The notes beneath the pieces were generated by a model. That model saw only the letters and a program-made list of their open reading frames with translations. It did not search any database and was not told where the DNA came from. A DNA stretch of 64,000 nt. It comes from a bacterium (GTDB lineage Bacteria; Patescibacteriota; Minisyncoccia; Phycocordibacterales; UBA5272). The position numbers and the translations under genes are program-made. The stretch is taken from assembly GCA_023267535.1 (NCBI GenBank), contig JAHFNC010000004.1, positions 3,757 through 67,756 on the forward strand, in the 5' to 3' direction. This document shows positions 9,745 to 18,185 of this stretch, piece by piece (the first letter of the stretch is position 1; the number at the start of each line of letters is the position of its first letter).

Positions 9745-10714
9745 AGGTTATCCCAAGTGCCTCCAAGAAGTGCTTTCTAAACTCTTCCACAGAAGGAAAT
9801 GGAAGCAGAAAAACATGTATATCAAAAGTTTCAAGATTTGTATGTTTTGAAATATGTTTGACAACATTTTTTGACCAACCTTCTATTTCTTTGTTAATCT
9901 TTTCTTTTATTTGTTCAGTGGTTTCTGTGTTTGCAACGCTTGGGTATTTATCATAATCAAATCCAATGAGGCACACACCTTTATACCTTACCTGATTATG
10001 GAGAGGGTCGTCTTTGTCCAAATATTTTAATAGAGCAACTTCCAATCTCTCATCTATTACACTCAAGTTGTCCCTCATTAATTGTAAGTCTCTTTCTGCT
10101 GGAGCAGATATTCCTCCATCTGATAAAAGAAACTCTTTAAGACTTATGAAACATTTAGAGATGCCATCGTTTAAATCTTTGTACAGTTTTGATTCACCCC
10201 AATATAAAGATAGAATATCCCTTCCTTCTTCATTTAACTCCACAGAAACATGAATACCATCAGCTCCGTTCACATGGAGTTCTGGGTTTGTTTTTAATGG
10301 CATCTTACATAGTAGTTGGGGAATTTTTAGATACTCCTGAATAAGAATATAGAGAAGCATTTCACCACCTTCACCTGTCTTCTTTAGTGAAGTAAAAAGA
10401 CTTTTTGCTTTTTCAATAAGCTCGTAAGTTTTTGTGGTTGTGTTATGTTTTGTATCATATTCTTTTGCCACCTCATATTCTTTTCTTGGAATTGCATAAT
10501 CAGCTACATGCTTTGCCACAAAACGTGCAAAGTCCTTAGTGCGAGGTCTACCATTTCCGTCTAAAGTTAAAAAGTAACAATGTGAGGTTGCTTTAGTATC
10601 TTTTAAATTAACATTTGATATAACTTCAGTTATATAAGTATTTATTTCTTGTTTGCTTGTTCTCAGAAGATCAGCAATAAGTTCTGCAATATTATCTTGG
10701 TTAGCAGTAGTCAT
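9731..10714 (-). CDS. PD-(D/E)xK nuclease-like protein, Hachiman HamA (DUF1837)-like candidate
   Basis: 327 aa; candidate catalytic residues GADGIHV ... VEL ... LYWGESK (D...E.K arrangement); immediately upstream of and overlapping the SF2 helicase gene in hamA-hamB order. Confidence 0.55.
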   Translation of the reverse strand: MTTANQDNIAELIADLLRTSKQEINTYITEVISNVNLKDTKATSHCYFLTLDGNGRPRTKDFARFVAKHVADYAIPRKEYEVAKEYDTKHNTTTKTYELIEKAKSLFTSLKKTGEGGEMLLYILIQEYLKIPQLLCKMPLKTNPELHVNGADGIHVSVELNEEGRDILSLYWGESKLYKDLNDGISKCFISLKEFLLSDGGISAPAERDLQLMRDNLSVIDERLEVALLKYLDKDDPLHNQVRYKGVCLIGFDYDKYPSVANTETTEQIKEKINKEIEGWSKNVVKHISKHTNLETFDIHVFLLPFPSVEEFRKHFLEALGITYDPS

Positions 10715-10720
10715 ATTTTA

Positions 10721-11200
10721 TTAATTTAAGAATCTACTTATTGGTTCGTTGAGCAGCGATTCAGCAATTTCTATCAGAATATTATCTCTAAAGCTTTGAA
10801 AATCTTTAGCTCCATGGAAGGTGTTGCATCGTATTTGATATATACACTTCATAATATTCGTTACATCCTTTATATCAATAAGTAAAATACCCTCTAAGTT
10901 ATTTTTTGTGGGTCTCATATCCCTAATAGGTGTCTCCTTTTTTAAATCTTCTAATCTTTCTAAATATTTGGGAGAAGACCAGGTTTCTATAAAAATATTT
11001 TTTAGAATATTATCATTATTATAAAACCAGTTTAATTTATGACTGTCTGTGATATTTGCTGCATTACTTCGGAAAGACTCGTCTGTAATGTACGCGTCAA
11101 AAATCATCCAATAAATAATGAATCGAATCCATGCATCAGCTGTATTTTCATCGGCTTTCCTTTTCCATGTTCTAAGTCTTTCTATAAATTCAGGGTCCAT
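10721..11200 (-). CDS. Small HEPN-like protein (R-x4-H motif) upstream of Hachiman-like pair
   Basis: 159 aa; IYQIRCNTFHGAK contains R-x4-HG as in HEPN RNase motifs; all-helical composition; 6 nt upstream of the nuclease-like gene. Confidence 0.45.
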   Translation of the reverse strand: MDPEFIERLRTWKRKADENTADAWIRFIIYWMIFDAYITDESFRSNAANITDSHKLNWFYNNDNILKNIFIETWSSPKYLERLEDLKKETPIRDMRPTKNNLEGILLIDIKDVTNIMKCIYQIRCNTFHGAKDFQSFRDNILIEIAESLLNEPISRFLN

Positions 11201-11261
11201 ATACTCATTTTAGCATAAAACAATAAATCTTTCATTTACGCAAGAGTGATGACTTAAAAAT

Positions 11262-11291
11262 CTAAAAAGCACCCGAAAGGGTGCTTTTTAG
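11262..11291. terminator. Bidirectional rho-independent terminator (ends the tRNA transcript)
   Basis: Hairpin gcaccc-gaaa-gggtgc at 11269-11284 flanked by A-run (5') and T-run (3'). Confidence 0.7.
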
Positions 11292-11382
11292 ATTTGGCTG
11301 GCTACACTCAGTAGCTATGCAGTAACTGTATAGAGCTCTCATACGTTTCGACGCTCTCCGAGCGCCAGAACTGCGCTCGCAT

Positions 11383-11456
11383 TGGCTGGGGTACATGGAC
11401 TCGAACCACGATACTCAGGACCAAAACCTGATGTCCTACCATTAGACGATACCCCA
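11383..11456 (-). tRNA. tRNA-Gln (anticodon UUG), CCA encoded
   Basis: Manual cloverleaf: acceptor TGGGGTA/TACCCCA 7 bp; D-stem GTCT/GGAC; anticodon stem TCAGG/CCTGA with loop TTTTGGT (anticodon TTG at positions 34-36 of the loop); T-stem CGTGG/CCATG with T-loop TTCGAGT; discriminator G then CCA. Confidence 0.85.
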
Positions 11457-11610
11457 AAATTATTTAATTAAATAAGGAATAATATATCATATTTTCACAA
11501 TTTATTCTACTCCTTGTGACTAAATAATATATAAAATTGACGAATATCATTTTATATTGTAGTTTTAAATTATTATCGCACTCAAACATCACAGTAAAGG
11601 GAACCATAAA

Positions 11611-11841
11611 ATGTCTAAAGTGATACCGATAGAAGTTAGCGATGAAGTGTATGCATCGATACAAAAACTCACTAGCAGTGACCCCGAGGGTATGAGATTG
11701 TTGTTTATCCGCGCTTTAGCTCGCGACGAACTCATTCAAAGGATTCTACCAAAACAGTTCTTTTATTTTTACGACAACGACTATCATCCTGTGGATTTTT
11801 CTTTTAATGCTGATAAATATAGAAAAGTCCCCAAGAGATAA
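11611..11841 (+). CDS. Small protein, possible ribbon-helix-helix DNA-binding protein
   Basis: 76 aa; N-terminal MSKVIPIEVSDEVYASIQKL beta-strand/helix pattern resembling RHH (CopG/Arc) fold; AAGGGAA upstream of ATG; followed by terminator. Confidence 0.4.
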   Translation: MSKVIPIEVSDEVYASIQKLTSSDPEGMRLLFIRALARDELIQRILPKQFFYFYDNDYHPVDFSFNADKYRKVPKR

Positions 11842-11847
11842 CAAAAT

Positions 11848-11886
11848 AAATCCACCCTAATTATTCAATGGGTGGATTTTTTATTT
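11848..11886 (+). terminator. Rho-independent terminator
   Basis: aatccaccc ... gggtggatt hairpin followed by TTTTTTATTT. Confidence 0.7.
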
Positions 11887-12011
11887 CAAACATTTTTTAA
11901 GAAAATATCAATATTTACACTTATTAAAAATAAATATAAAATGGCAATCAGTTTGTGTTAACGGGGGATGTTCTTTTATTTTTTTTGAATCAGGAGTGGA
12001 GGGAGATAATA

Positions 12012-13034
12012 ATGAACAAGCAAGCTGTGCTCTCTATTGTTCCAAATATTCCAAACGCTGAAGACGAAGATCCTGGCGTCGCCCTATTAATATCGGCCGA
12101 CCAGCTTCTTTTTGATCCAAATCAACCAAGAAAGAGATACACGAAAAAAGGTCTTGAGAAATTGGCTAAAAGCATTCAAGACCAAGGTTTGCAACAGCCG
12201 GTGGTCGTTACCTTTGCTTATCGTAAGAAAGGCATAGATTACTATTACATCAAGTTCGGCGAAAGGCGTTATCGCGCTCATATTTTGCTTGGCTACAAAA
12301 ACGTTCCTTGTCTTGTGAAGAAGGGGACCTACGACGGCAAGCTTGATGTGGAACGAGTGCTTGCGCAGACTTCGGAAAATAATTTGCGCGAACCACATTC
12401 GCACAGCGAGATGATTAACGTCCTTCGTTTGGTCGTTGAAGACGAACGAGAAAAGTCTGATGGCGTGATTGGCTACATCGGCAAAGCTCAAGAAAGATTT
12501 GCCACAGCTCTTGGCTATACCGCTGAGGCCACCAGAAGGTATCACGTTTTGGCTAATCTTCATTCGGAGTTAGTTGAGATGTTGGATATTGAAGACGAAG
12601 AAGAAGGGGACGAACGAGAAAAGCTTAACTTCAGCGTTGCTCTTTCTTTGGCTAGAGCACCAAAAGATGCTCAGCTTGGGATTCTTGAAAGGTCAAAGCC
12701 TCACTTTGAAAAGTCTCACAATCACGGCATTGCTTTTGTTTCTGAACAAGCAAGGTCTGTTCGCGAGAGTCGTGGTGAAAAGATAGTCGGCAGGAAGCCG
12801 AGCGAATCAATTGACCTTGTCAGGAAATTTCTAACCTTCACCAACAATCGCCACGATTTGGTCTTTGGGCAAATGAAGCCAGCTGAGATAAAAGCCATTT
12901 TGGCTTCGGCGAGCGTGACCACCGTTGATGTTTTGCTTAACGCAGTCATTATGGCCGCAACAAACCTGAAATCACTTCAGGCACTGATTCAAGAAAGGAG
13001 AGATTACAATTATAGAGAATTCAGAAAGAAATAA
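12012..13034 (+). CDS. ParB-like nuclease (ParB/Srx) domain protein
   Basis: About 340 aa from ATG at 12012 (GGAGTGGAGGGAG upstream); ParB N-domain motifs GLQQPVVV and FGERRYRA; local GC about 45-50%, clearly above neighbouring DNA. Confidence 0.7.
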   Translation: MNKQAVLSIVPNIPNAEDEDPGVALLISADQLLFDPNQPRKRYTKKGLEKLAKSIQDQGLQQPVVVTFAYRKKGIDYYYIKFGERRYRAHILLGYKNVPCLVKKGTYDGKLDVERVLAQTSENNLREPHSHSEMINVLRLVVEDEREKSDGVIGYIGKAQERFATALGYTAEATRRYHVLANLHSELVEMLDIEDEEEGDEREKLNFSVALSLARAPKDAQLGILERSKPHFEKSHNHGIAFVSEQARSVRESRGEKIVGRKPSESIDLVRKFLTFTNNRHDLVFGQMKPAEIKAILASASVTTVDVLLNAVIMAATNLKSLQALIQERRDYNYREFRKK

Positions 13035-13041
13035 TTTGTAA

Positions 13042-13076
13042 AAAGCAATCGTGAACACACCGATTGCTTTTTTGTT
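13042..13076 (+). terminator. Rho-independent terminator
   Basis: aagcaatcg-tgaacacac-cgattgctt hairpin followed by TTTTTTG. Confidence 0.7.
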
Positions 13077-13276
13077 TGTAATTTTGTTTTCAAATCTATA
13101 AGTAAAATTATTTGCAACACTAAAATATAAAAAGTCAAAATATTTTGTTTGGAAAACGAAGCTTATATTTCCTTGATTTTGGGTATCAACAATTAACACA
13201 CTTTTTTCACTTGCTCCATACTTGTATCGTGGTTTATACTTTAGTCATTATTATTTTTTAAATCTAAATTATTTTT

Positions 13277-13498
13277 ATGGAGACTCCAACTTTTCAACAC
13301 AACAAAGAAAGACCAGACGGTGATAACGAAAATTTTGAATTACATCTGTCCAAAGATCTTCCTGAATCGTTGAAGGAGTTGAAAAGAATTTCAGATAGAG
13401 TTCTCGAAGGATTATCGTGCAAGGATGCACAAGGAGCTGTCAGACTTTCATCACTAGCAGTATTCAGAAGCCAAATGGGGCTTGGAGAAAAGAGTTAA
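13277..13498 (+). CDS. hypothetical small protein
   Basis: 73 aa ORF, no recognisable motif. Confidence 0.3.
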   Translation: METPTFQHNKERPDGDNENFELHLSKDLPESLKELKRISDRVLEGLSCKDAQGAVRLSSLAVFRSQMGLGEKS

Positions 13499-13571
13499 TA
13501 AGTGAATTGACATTTAACATTTTTTATGAGATAGTGACATCATAAATCCCTTTATTTTTAAGGGCAAAAAG

Positions 13572-13874
13572 ATGGCATTAATCAACGAAATCAAAGAAAT
13601 ATTAGACAAATCAGACCTTACTTTTGACGAAGCAAGGGCTTTTGAGACCGGACTTTCTATGCTTACAGACAAAGAGCAAAAAGAATTTGCTAAATATATT
13701 TCTAAAGATAAGGAATTAATCTATCCTCTCTATATAAATTTCAAAGCTAAACTTCATGCAGTGAACGGAACAAAGGAAGAATGGGAAGACGCTGTCAAAA
13801 CAGAAATTCATCAACTTGAAGAATATCTAACAAAAAAAAGAGTGGGCGACGAAGTGTCAAAGTCAAATCAATAA
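13572..13874 (+). CDS. hypothetical small protein
   Basis: 100 aa ORF, charged helical composition. Confidence 0.35.
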   Translation: MALINEIKEILDKSDLTFDEARAFETGLSMLTDKEQKEFAKYISKDKELIYPLYINFKAKLHAVNGTKEEWEDAVKTEIHQLEEYLTKKRVGDEVSKSNQ

Positions 13875-13930
13875 TTAATTTTGGCTTCTCCTCTAGAACA
13901 ACAGTCATTTAATATTGTATACTATTGTAA

Positions 13931-14470
13931 ATGAGGAATTTTACAAAAGCTGTAAAACAAATTTTCAATACTACAGACAGGTTTACTGTTTTTATTTTAT
14001 CTTTCTTTGTGGTGATGCTAGGGTATTTGTTTCTAGAAAACGGGAAAGATGCGCTGTCGGTATTTTCTTTTGAGTCATTTTCTTTTTTAACGAAGATAAA
14101 ACTATTTTCTTCAACTTTATTTGACCTTAATTCCTTCTTTCAACCAGCGATGTATGTCTTGGTGTCACTTTCATCACTGTTTACCGCTTTTGTGGCTTCA
14201 TTTTTATACATTTATTTCAAAACAAGAGGACAAGTCCTCATTAAAAGGAAAGTTTATAGCGGATTCGGACTATTCTTCGCAGTTATTGGTGTTGGGTGTG
14301 CCGCTTGTGGAGCAGTTTTTCTACAAGTAATATTAAGTGTCTTTGGATTCGGTGGAATATTAAAGTATTTCCCATATGACGGCGTGGAGGTTGGGTATTT
14401 GGGATTACTAATTTTAATAATTAACGCTTTTTCTTTGGCAAAAAAAGTAAACGAACCTTTGGTTTGTTAA
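13931..14470 (+). CDS. hypothetical integral membrane protein
   Basis: 179 aa, four or more hydrophobic helices. Confidence 0.5.
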   Translation: MRNFTKAVKQIFNTTDRFTVFILSFFVVMLGYLFLENGKDALSVFSFESFSFLTKIKLFSSTLFDLNSFFQPAMYVLVSLSSLFTAFVASFLYIYFKTRGQVLIKRKVYSGFGLFFAVIGVGCAACGAVFLQVILSVFGFGGILKYFPYDGVEVGYLGLLILIINAFSLAKKVNEPLVC

Positions 14471-14474
14471 ATTT

Positions 14475-15056
14475 ATGAAAATAAAAGGAGAAATATCATT
14501 GAAAGGAATTATACAAGGAACAGCTATTGGTCTTACTTTGGTCTTGGCCGTGCTCTACGCAGCTCAAGACGAAGGATTGGTAAATTTTAACTTACCAGAG
14601 AAAACAGCAAACACGATTGGCACTTATTATAAAGTTACCAGAGTGATTGATGGTGACACCATTGAAGTAAAAATGAACAGTGGTTTAGAAAAAGTGAGAT
14701 TGATTGGAATAAACACGCCGGAAATTGTTGACCCACGCAAACCAGTGGAATGTTTTGCAAAGGAAGCTAGTAACAGAATGCATTCTTTGGCTAGCGGACA
14801 AAATGTGAAGCTTGAATTTGATGATTCGCAAAGTTATCGTGATATTTACAATCGACTTTTGGCTTATGTTTATTTGCAAGATGGGGAAATGTTGAATAGA
14901 AAAATGATTGCCGAAGGTTATGCTTATGAATATACCTATATGGCTCCTTACAAATATCAAAAAGAATTTCGCGACCTGCAAACTTTTGTACAAGGAAGCG
15001 AGAGGGGACTTTGGGCCAAAGATACTTGTAACGGCAGTAAAGAGTTTCCAAAATAA
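14475..15056 (+). CDS. Thermonuclease (staphylococcal nuclease, SNase-like), membrane-anchored/secreted
   Basis: 193 aa; N-terminal TM/signal anchor; SNase motifs RVIDGDTIEV and VRLIGINTPE. Confidence 0.85.
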   Translation: MKIKGEISLKGIIQGTAIGLTLVLAVLYAAQDEGLVNFNLPEKTANTIGTYYKVTRVIDGDTIEVKMNSGLEKVRLIGINTPEIVDPRKPVECFAKEASNRMHSLASGQNVKLEFDDSQSYRDIYNRLLAYVYLQDGEMLNRKMIAEGYAYEYTYMAPYKYQKEFRDLQTFVQGSERGLWAKDTCNGSKEFPK

Positions 15057-15058
15057 TT

Positions 15059-15763
15059 ATGGACACAATACAAGATTTACTTAAGAAAATATTAGTCGCT
15101 ATTCCAATCTTGTTTTTATTTGGACTTATATATTTCGTAGCGAAAGAATTAATTTTATTAATCCCTTCTTCGCCTTCTGATTCGGCGACAACTACACAGC
15201 GTTCTTTGGGCTGGTATTTTTTCGGAGATTATTTACCATCACCAAACAACAAAGGACTTCTTGGAAAAGCCAAGACTCCAAGTGCTACAGATAATGTCTT
15301 CGTAGCAAGTAATATTTACGATAGCGGAGGAGGTGATAATAACACTACTTATGTCAGTTATGATGCTAATGGCAAAGCGATTTATACCAAAGGAATACAA
15401 GCTCGTCCGAACCCGGGAGCGAATAAAACTTTCCAAAAAGAATTATATCTTAGAAATTTATCAATTTATACAGGAGGACATATTTATACTGGGCTTTCTT
15501 TTACTGGCGAAGCAAAGAACACAATGTTTGATAACACAGGGAAATTTCAGATGCTTGTGACCGATATGTACGGAAGAGTTATTACCATGGCTTATGCGCA
15601 AGCGAGCACGGCATGGTCAATTCCAGGGTGGACTAGATTTAATATAGTGATAACCTCAGCTCTTCCAAACAAAGTGCAATGTCAGCTAGTTTTTCTCGCT
15701 GCACAAGGTTCTAGAGATGGAGCAGACGGAGTTCATATAGAAATACCAGAATTTTGTAATTAA
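15059..15763 (+). CDS. hypothetical secreted/membrane-anchored protein
   Basis: 234 aa; N-terminal TM helix; Gly/Thr/Asn-rich extracellular-like body; 2 nt after the nuclease gene. Confidence 0.5.
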   Translation: MDTIQDLLKKILVAIPILFLFGLIYFVAKELILLIPSSPSDSATTTQRSLGWYFFGDYLPSPNNKGLLGKAKTPSATDNVFVASNIYDSGGGDNNTTYVSYDANGKAIYTKGIQARPNPGANKTFQKELYLRNLSIYTGGHIYTGLSFTGEAKNTMFDNTGKFQMLVTDMYGRVITMAYAQASTAWSIPGWTRFNIVITSALPNKVQCQLVFLAAQGSRDGADGVHIEIPEFCN

Positions 15764-15785
15764 ATAAATAATCAAGATTAAGAAA

Positions 15786-15813
15786 AGAAAAAGCACCTAT
15801 TCGGTGCTTTTTG
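15786..15813. terminator. Bidirectional rho-independent terminator
   Basis: aagcacc-tattc-ggtgctt hairpin with A-run before and T-run after. Confidence 0.7.
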
Positions 15814-16201
15814 AAAGCTGTTCAATCAGTCTTTCGTCGTCTTCTGGATGAAGGGCAGCGTGAGCAAATTCTGGATTGGTTTTGATTTGATTATTCCAGT
15901 CATCAATCAATTCTTGAGTGTGTCCAGCTTTCGCTTCTCTTTCCGCCTCTTTTTTTCTTTTGTTTGCTTCTCCTGCAATGTGAGAAATGTAACTTCTCAC
16001 ACCCGAAGGCATAGAGTAGTAACCGTCTTTAAAACCAATGGCGTTTGCTACATTGTTTTTCTTTTGGTTGAAACTACCGGCAAAAGTATCATAGGCTTCA
16101 AAGAACTGTTTCCCTACGGCAACATCTTTATCTGTCCAAGGCATCTCTTTCTCCAATAATTTGTCAGAAGGGGTTTTATTTGGAAAAGATTCTATGCTCA
16201 T
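15797..16201 (-). CDS. hypothetical protein
   Basis: 134 aa ORF. Confidence 0.4.
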   Translation of the reverse strand: MSIESFPNKTPSDKLLEKEMPWTDKDVAVGKQFFEAYDTFAGSFNQKKNNVANAIGFKDGYYSMPSGVRSYISHIAGEANKRKKEAEREAKAGHTQELIDDWNNQIKTNPEFAHAALHPEDDERLIEQLSKSTE

Positions 16202-16216
16202 AATACAATATTTTGT

Positions 16217-16663
16217 CTAAATGACAAGTCTGTCGATAACTGATTTTACTAGAGCACCGTCAGCATTACTTCCAAGCTCTCTCATCATTGTTCCAACAAA
16301 TTGTCCTTTCTTGGTTGCGTCGATTGGTGATTCGGCTAATTTTGCTTTAACTTTCTCTTCAATTTCCGCTTCAGACATTTGTGCTGGAAGCAAAGCTTCG
16401 ATTATGACAAGTTCTGCTTGTTCACTTTCTGCTAAGTCAGGACGACCACCGGAAGTAAATTGTTCGATAGAATCTTTACGTTGCTTAGCTAATCTTTTTA
16501 TCACTTTCATACAATCATCATCAGAAAGTGGCTCCTGTGGAGGTCTGCCTTGAGCAACTAATTCATTTGTAAATGCAGCCGAGATTCCGCGCAAAACTTG
16601 TAATTTATCCATTTCTTTTGCCATCATGGCTGCTTTAATTTGAGCTTTTATATTTTCTTGCAT
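16217..16663 (-). CDS. GatB/YqeY domain protein
   Basis: 148 aa; N-terminal IKAQIKAAMMAKE..LQVLRGI pattern characteristic of YqeY family. Confidence 0.75.
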   Translation of the reverse strand: MQENIKAQIKAAMMAKEMDKLQVLRGISAAFTNELVAQGRPPQEPLSDDDCMKVIKRLAKQRKDSIEQFTSGGRPDLAESEQAELVIIEALLPAQMSEAEIEEKVKAKLAESPIDATKKGQFVGTMMRELGSNADGALVKSVIDRLVI

Positions 16664-16712
16664 AGTTTTAAAAGTATATCATAAGTTGAAATTCGCGTGA
16701 TATACTTTCCCT

Positions 16713-17765
16713 ATGTTAATGACTTTTTTAATTATTTTGGGAATTATTATCTGTGCGCTTTTGGGAATGATTCTAATGCGTCAGAACGATGCTAAAGACG
16801 TAAAAGAAGATGACCAAACATTTTTAATTCTCCAAGATCAGTTAGAAAAATTACGAAATGCTGTAGAAAACAAATTAGAGCGTTCACAATCAGAGCTGCA
16901 TCAAGTTCTTCATCGTCAGGATTCAGAATCAAAACGTCTCATCACCGAAATCACCAAAGAATTAACCGAAGTGAAAGAAGGGAACAAGCAAGTTTTTTCA
17001 ATGACTGAGCAATTACAAAATCTTGAGAAAATTTTAACCCATCAAAAGCAACGTGGGAATTTAGGCGAAGCATCACTTGAACTTATTCTTTCAAATATGA
17101 TGTCTCCTGGGCAATACGAAATGCAATACAGATTTAAGACCGGTGAAGTTGTAGACGCTGTCATTCATACTAAAGACGGCATCATACCAGTGGATGCTAA
17201 GTATTCACTTGATAATTATCAGAGATTAATGAACGCTACCGACGAAGAAGAGACTGCTTATTATCAAAATGAATTCAAAAAAGATATTCAAAAGCGAATT
17301 GACGAGACTTCAAAATACATAAAGCCAGATGAAGGCACACTACCTTTTGCTTTTATGTTTATTCCAGCTGAGGGAATCTATTATGACCTACTTGTGAATC
17401 AAGTTTCCAAAGGTGCAATCAACACGCAAAATTTAATTGAGTATGCTTATAATAAAAGAAAAGTGATTATTGTTTCGCCGACAACTTTCTACGCATATTT
17501 GCAATCAGTGCTTTTTGGGTTCAAAGCTTTTCAGATTGAAGAGAGCGCCAAAGGTATACAAAAGAAAGTGGAGGACCTAGGAAAGCATTTAGCTGTTTAC
17601 GAAGATTACATGAAGAAGTTAGGTAATACATTAGGAACGACAGTTAATCATTACAATACCGCATACAAAGAATTAAAAAAAGTTGATAAAGATGTACTAA
17701 AAATAACTGGCGAAGAAATCGGATTGGAAGTTTTAACATTGGATAAACCAGACATTGAAGAATAG
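16713..17765 (+). CDS. rmuC: DNA recombination protein RmuC family
   Basis: 350 aa; N-terminal TM then long coiled coil, C-terminal RmuC-type domain. Confidence 0.6.
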   Translation: MLMTFLIILGIIICALLGMILMRQNDAKDVKEDDQTFLILQDQLEKLRNAVENKLERSQSELHQVLHRQDSESKRLITEITKELTEVKEGNKQVFSMTEQLQNLEKILTHQKQRGNLGEASLELILSNMMSPGQYEMQYRFKTGEVVDAVIHTKDGIIPVDAKYSLDNYQRLMNATDEEETAYYQNEFKKDIQKRIDETSKYIKPDEGTLPFAFMFIPAEGIYYDLLVNQVSKGAINTQNLIEYAYNKRKVIIVSPTTFYAYLQSVLFGFKAFQIEESAKGIQKKVEDLGKHLAVYEDYMKKLGNTLGTTVNHYNTAYKELKKVDKDVLKITGEEIGLEVLTLDKPDIEE

Positions 17766-18096
17766 ACAAAATGGTGATAGTATGGCATTAGTTTGCTCTT
17801 CAGCACTCTTACATGAGGGAAAAGTAATGGAAACAGTCACTGTTCTCAGGTTCACAACCTTGTGCAAACTTCCAGACTCTCCGGATCATTGTTTAGGTGC
17901 AATTTATTTCTATGCACCAAAAGGAATTGCCATTCTAGAAATCGGAGAAACACCCGAAAAAATCATTCATAAGTTCTATTTGGTTCCTGATGTCCGAGTG
18001 AGATTGCCACACTGCGAGCCGGCGGCACTTGAAGGAACCGTGGAGATTCCCAAGTCTCTTTTGGATGAAGCCAAAGAAGCTCTGGGTTTGGTGTAA
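17755..18096 (+). CDS. hypothetical protein (true start may be internal Met)
   Basis: 113 aa ORF overlapping rmuC stop; higher GC than surroundings; no motif recognised. Confidence 0.3.
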   Translation: MKNRQNGDSMALVCSSALLHEGKVMETVTVLRFTTLCKLPDSPDHCLGAIYFYAPKGIAILEIGETPEKIIHKFYLVPDVRVRLPHCEPAALEGTVEIPKSLLDEAKEALGLV

Positions 18097-18148
18097 TAAT
18101 ATGAACACGAAAAGTTAAATCCTATGGTTGCGACTATGGGATTTTTGT

Positions 18149-18176
18149 TTGCTTAATTTAGATTTTAATGTATAAT
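18149..18176 (+). promoter_or_regulatory. sigma70-like promoter for rplU
   Basis: -35 TTGCTT (18149-18154), 16-nt spacer, -10 TATAAT (18171-18176), 9 nt before rplU ATG region. Confidence 0.5.
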
Positions 18177-18185
18177 AGTCAAATT

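Noticed and set aside
11464-11664. 66-aa minus-strand ORF upstream of the tRNA
   Set aside because: It overlaps the tRNA promoter region and the start of the RHH-like gene. AT-rich, low-complexity Tyr/Phe/Asn composition typical of spurious ORFs.
17770-18100. Possible structured RNA (RNase P RNA, tmRNA or SRP RNA) in the relatively GC-rich stretch after rmuC
   Set aside because: None of the conserved signatures are present: P4 AGGAAAGUCCGG, the tmRNA tRNA-like GGTTCGAATCC end with tag ORF, or the SRP GGAAG...AGCAGCC domain IV. The region is better explained as a small protein-coding ORF.
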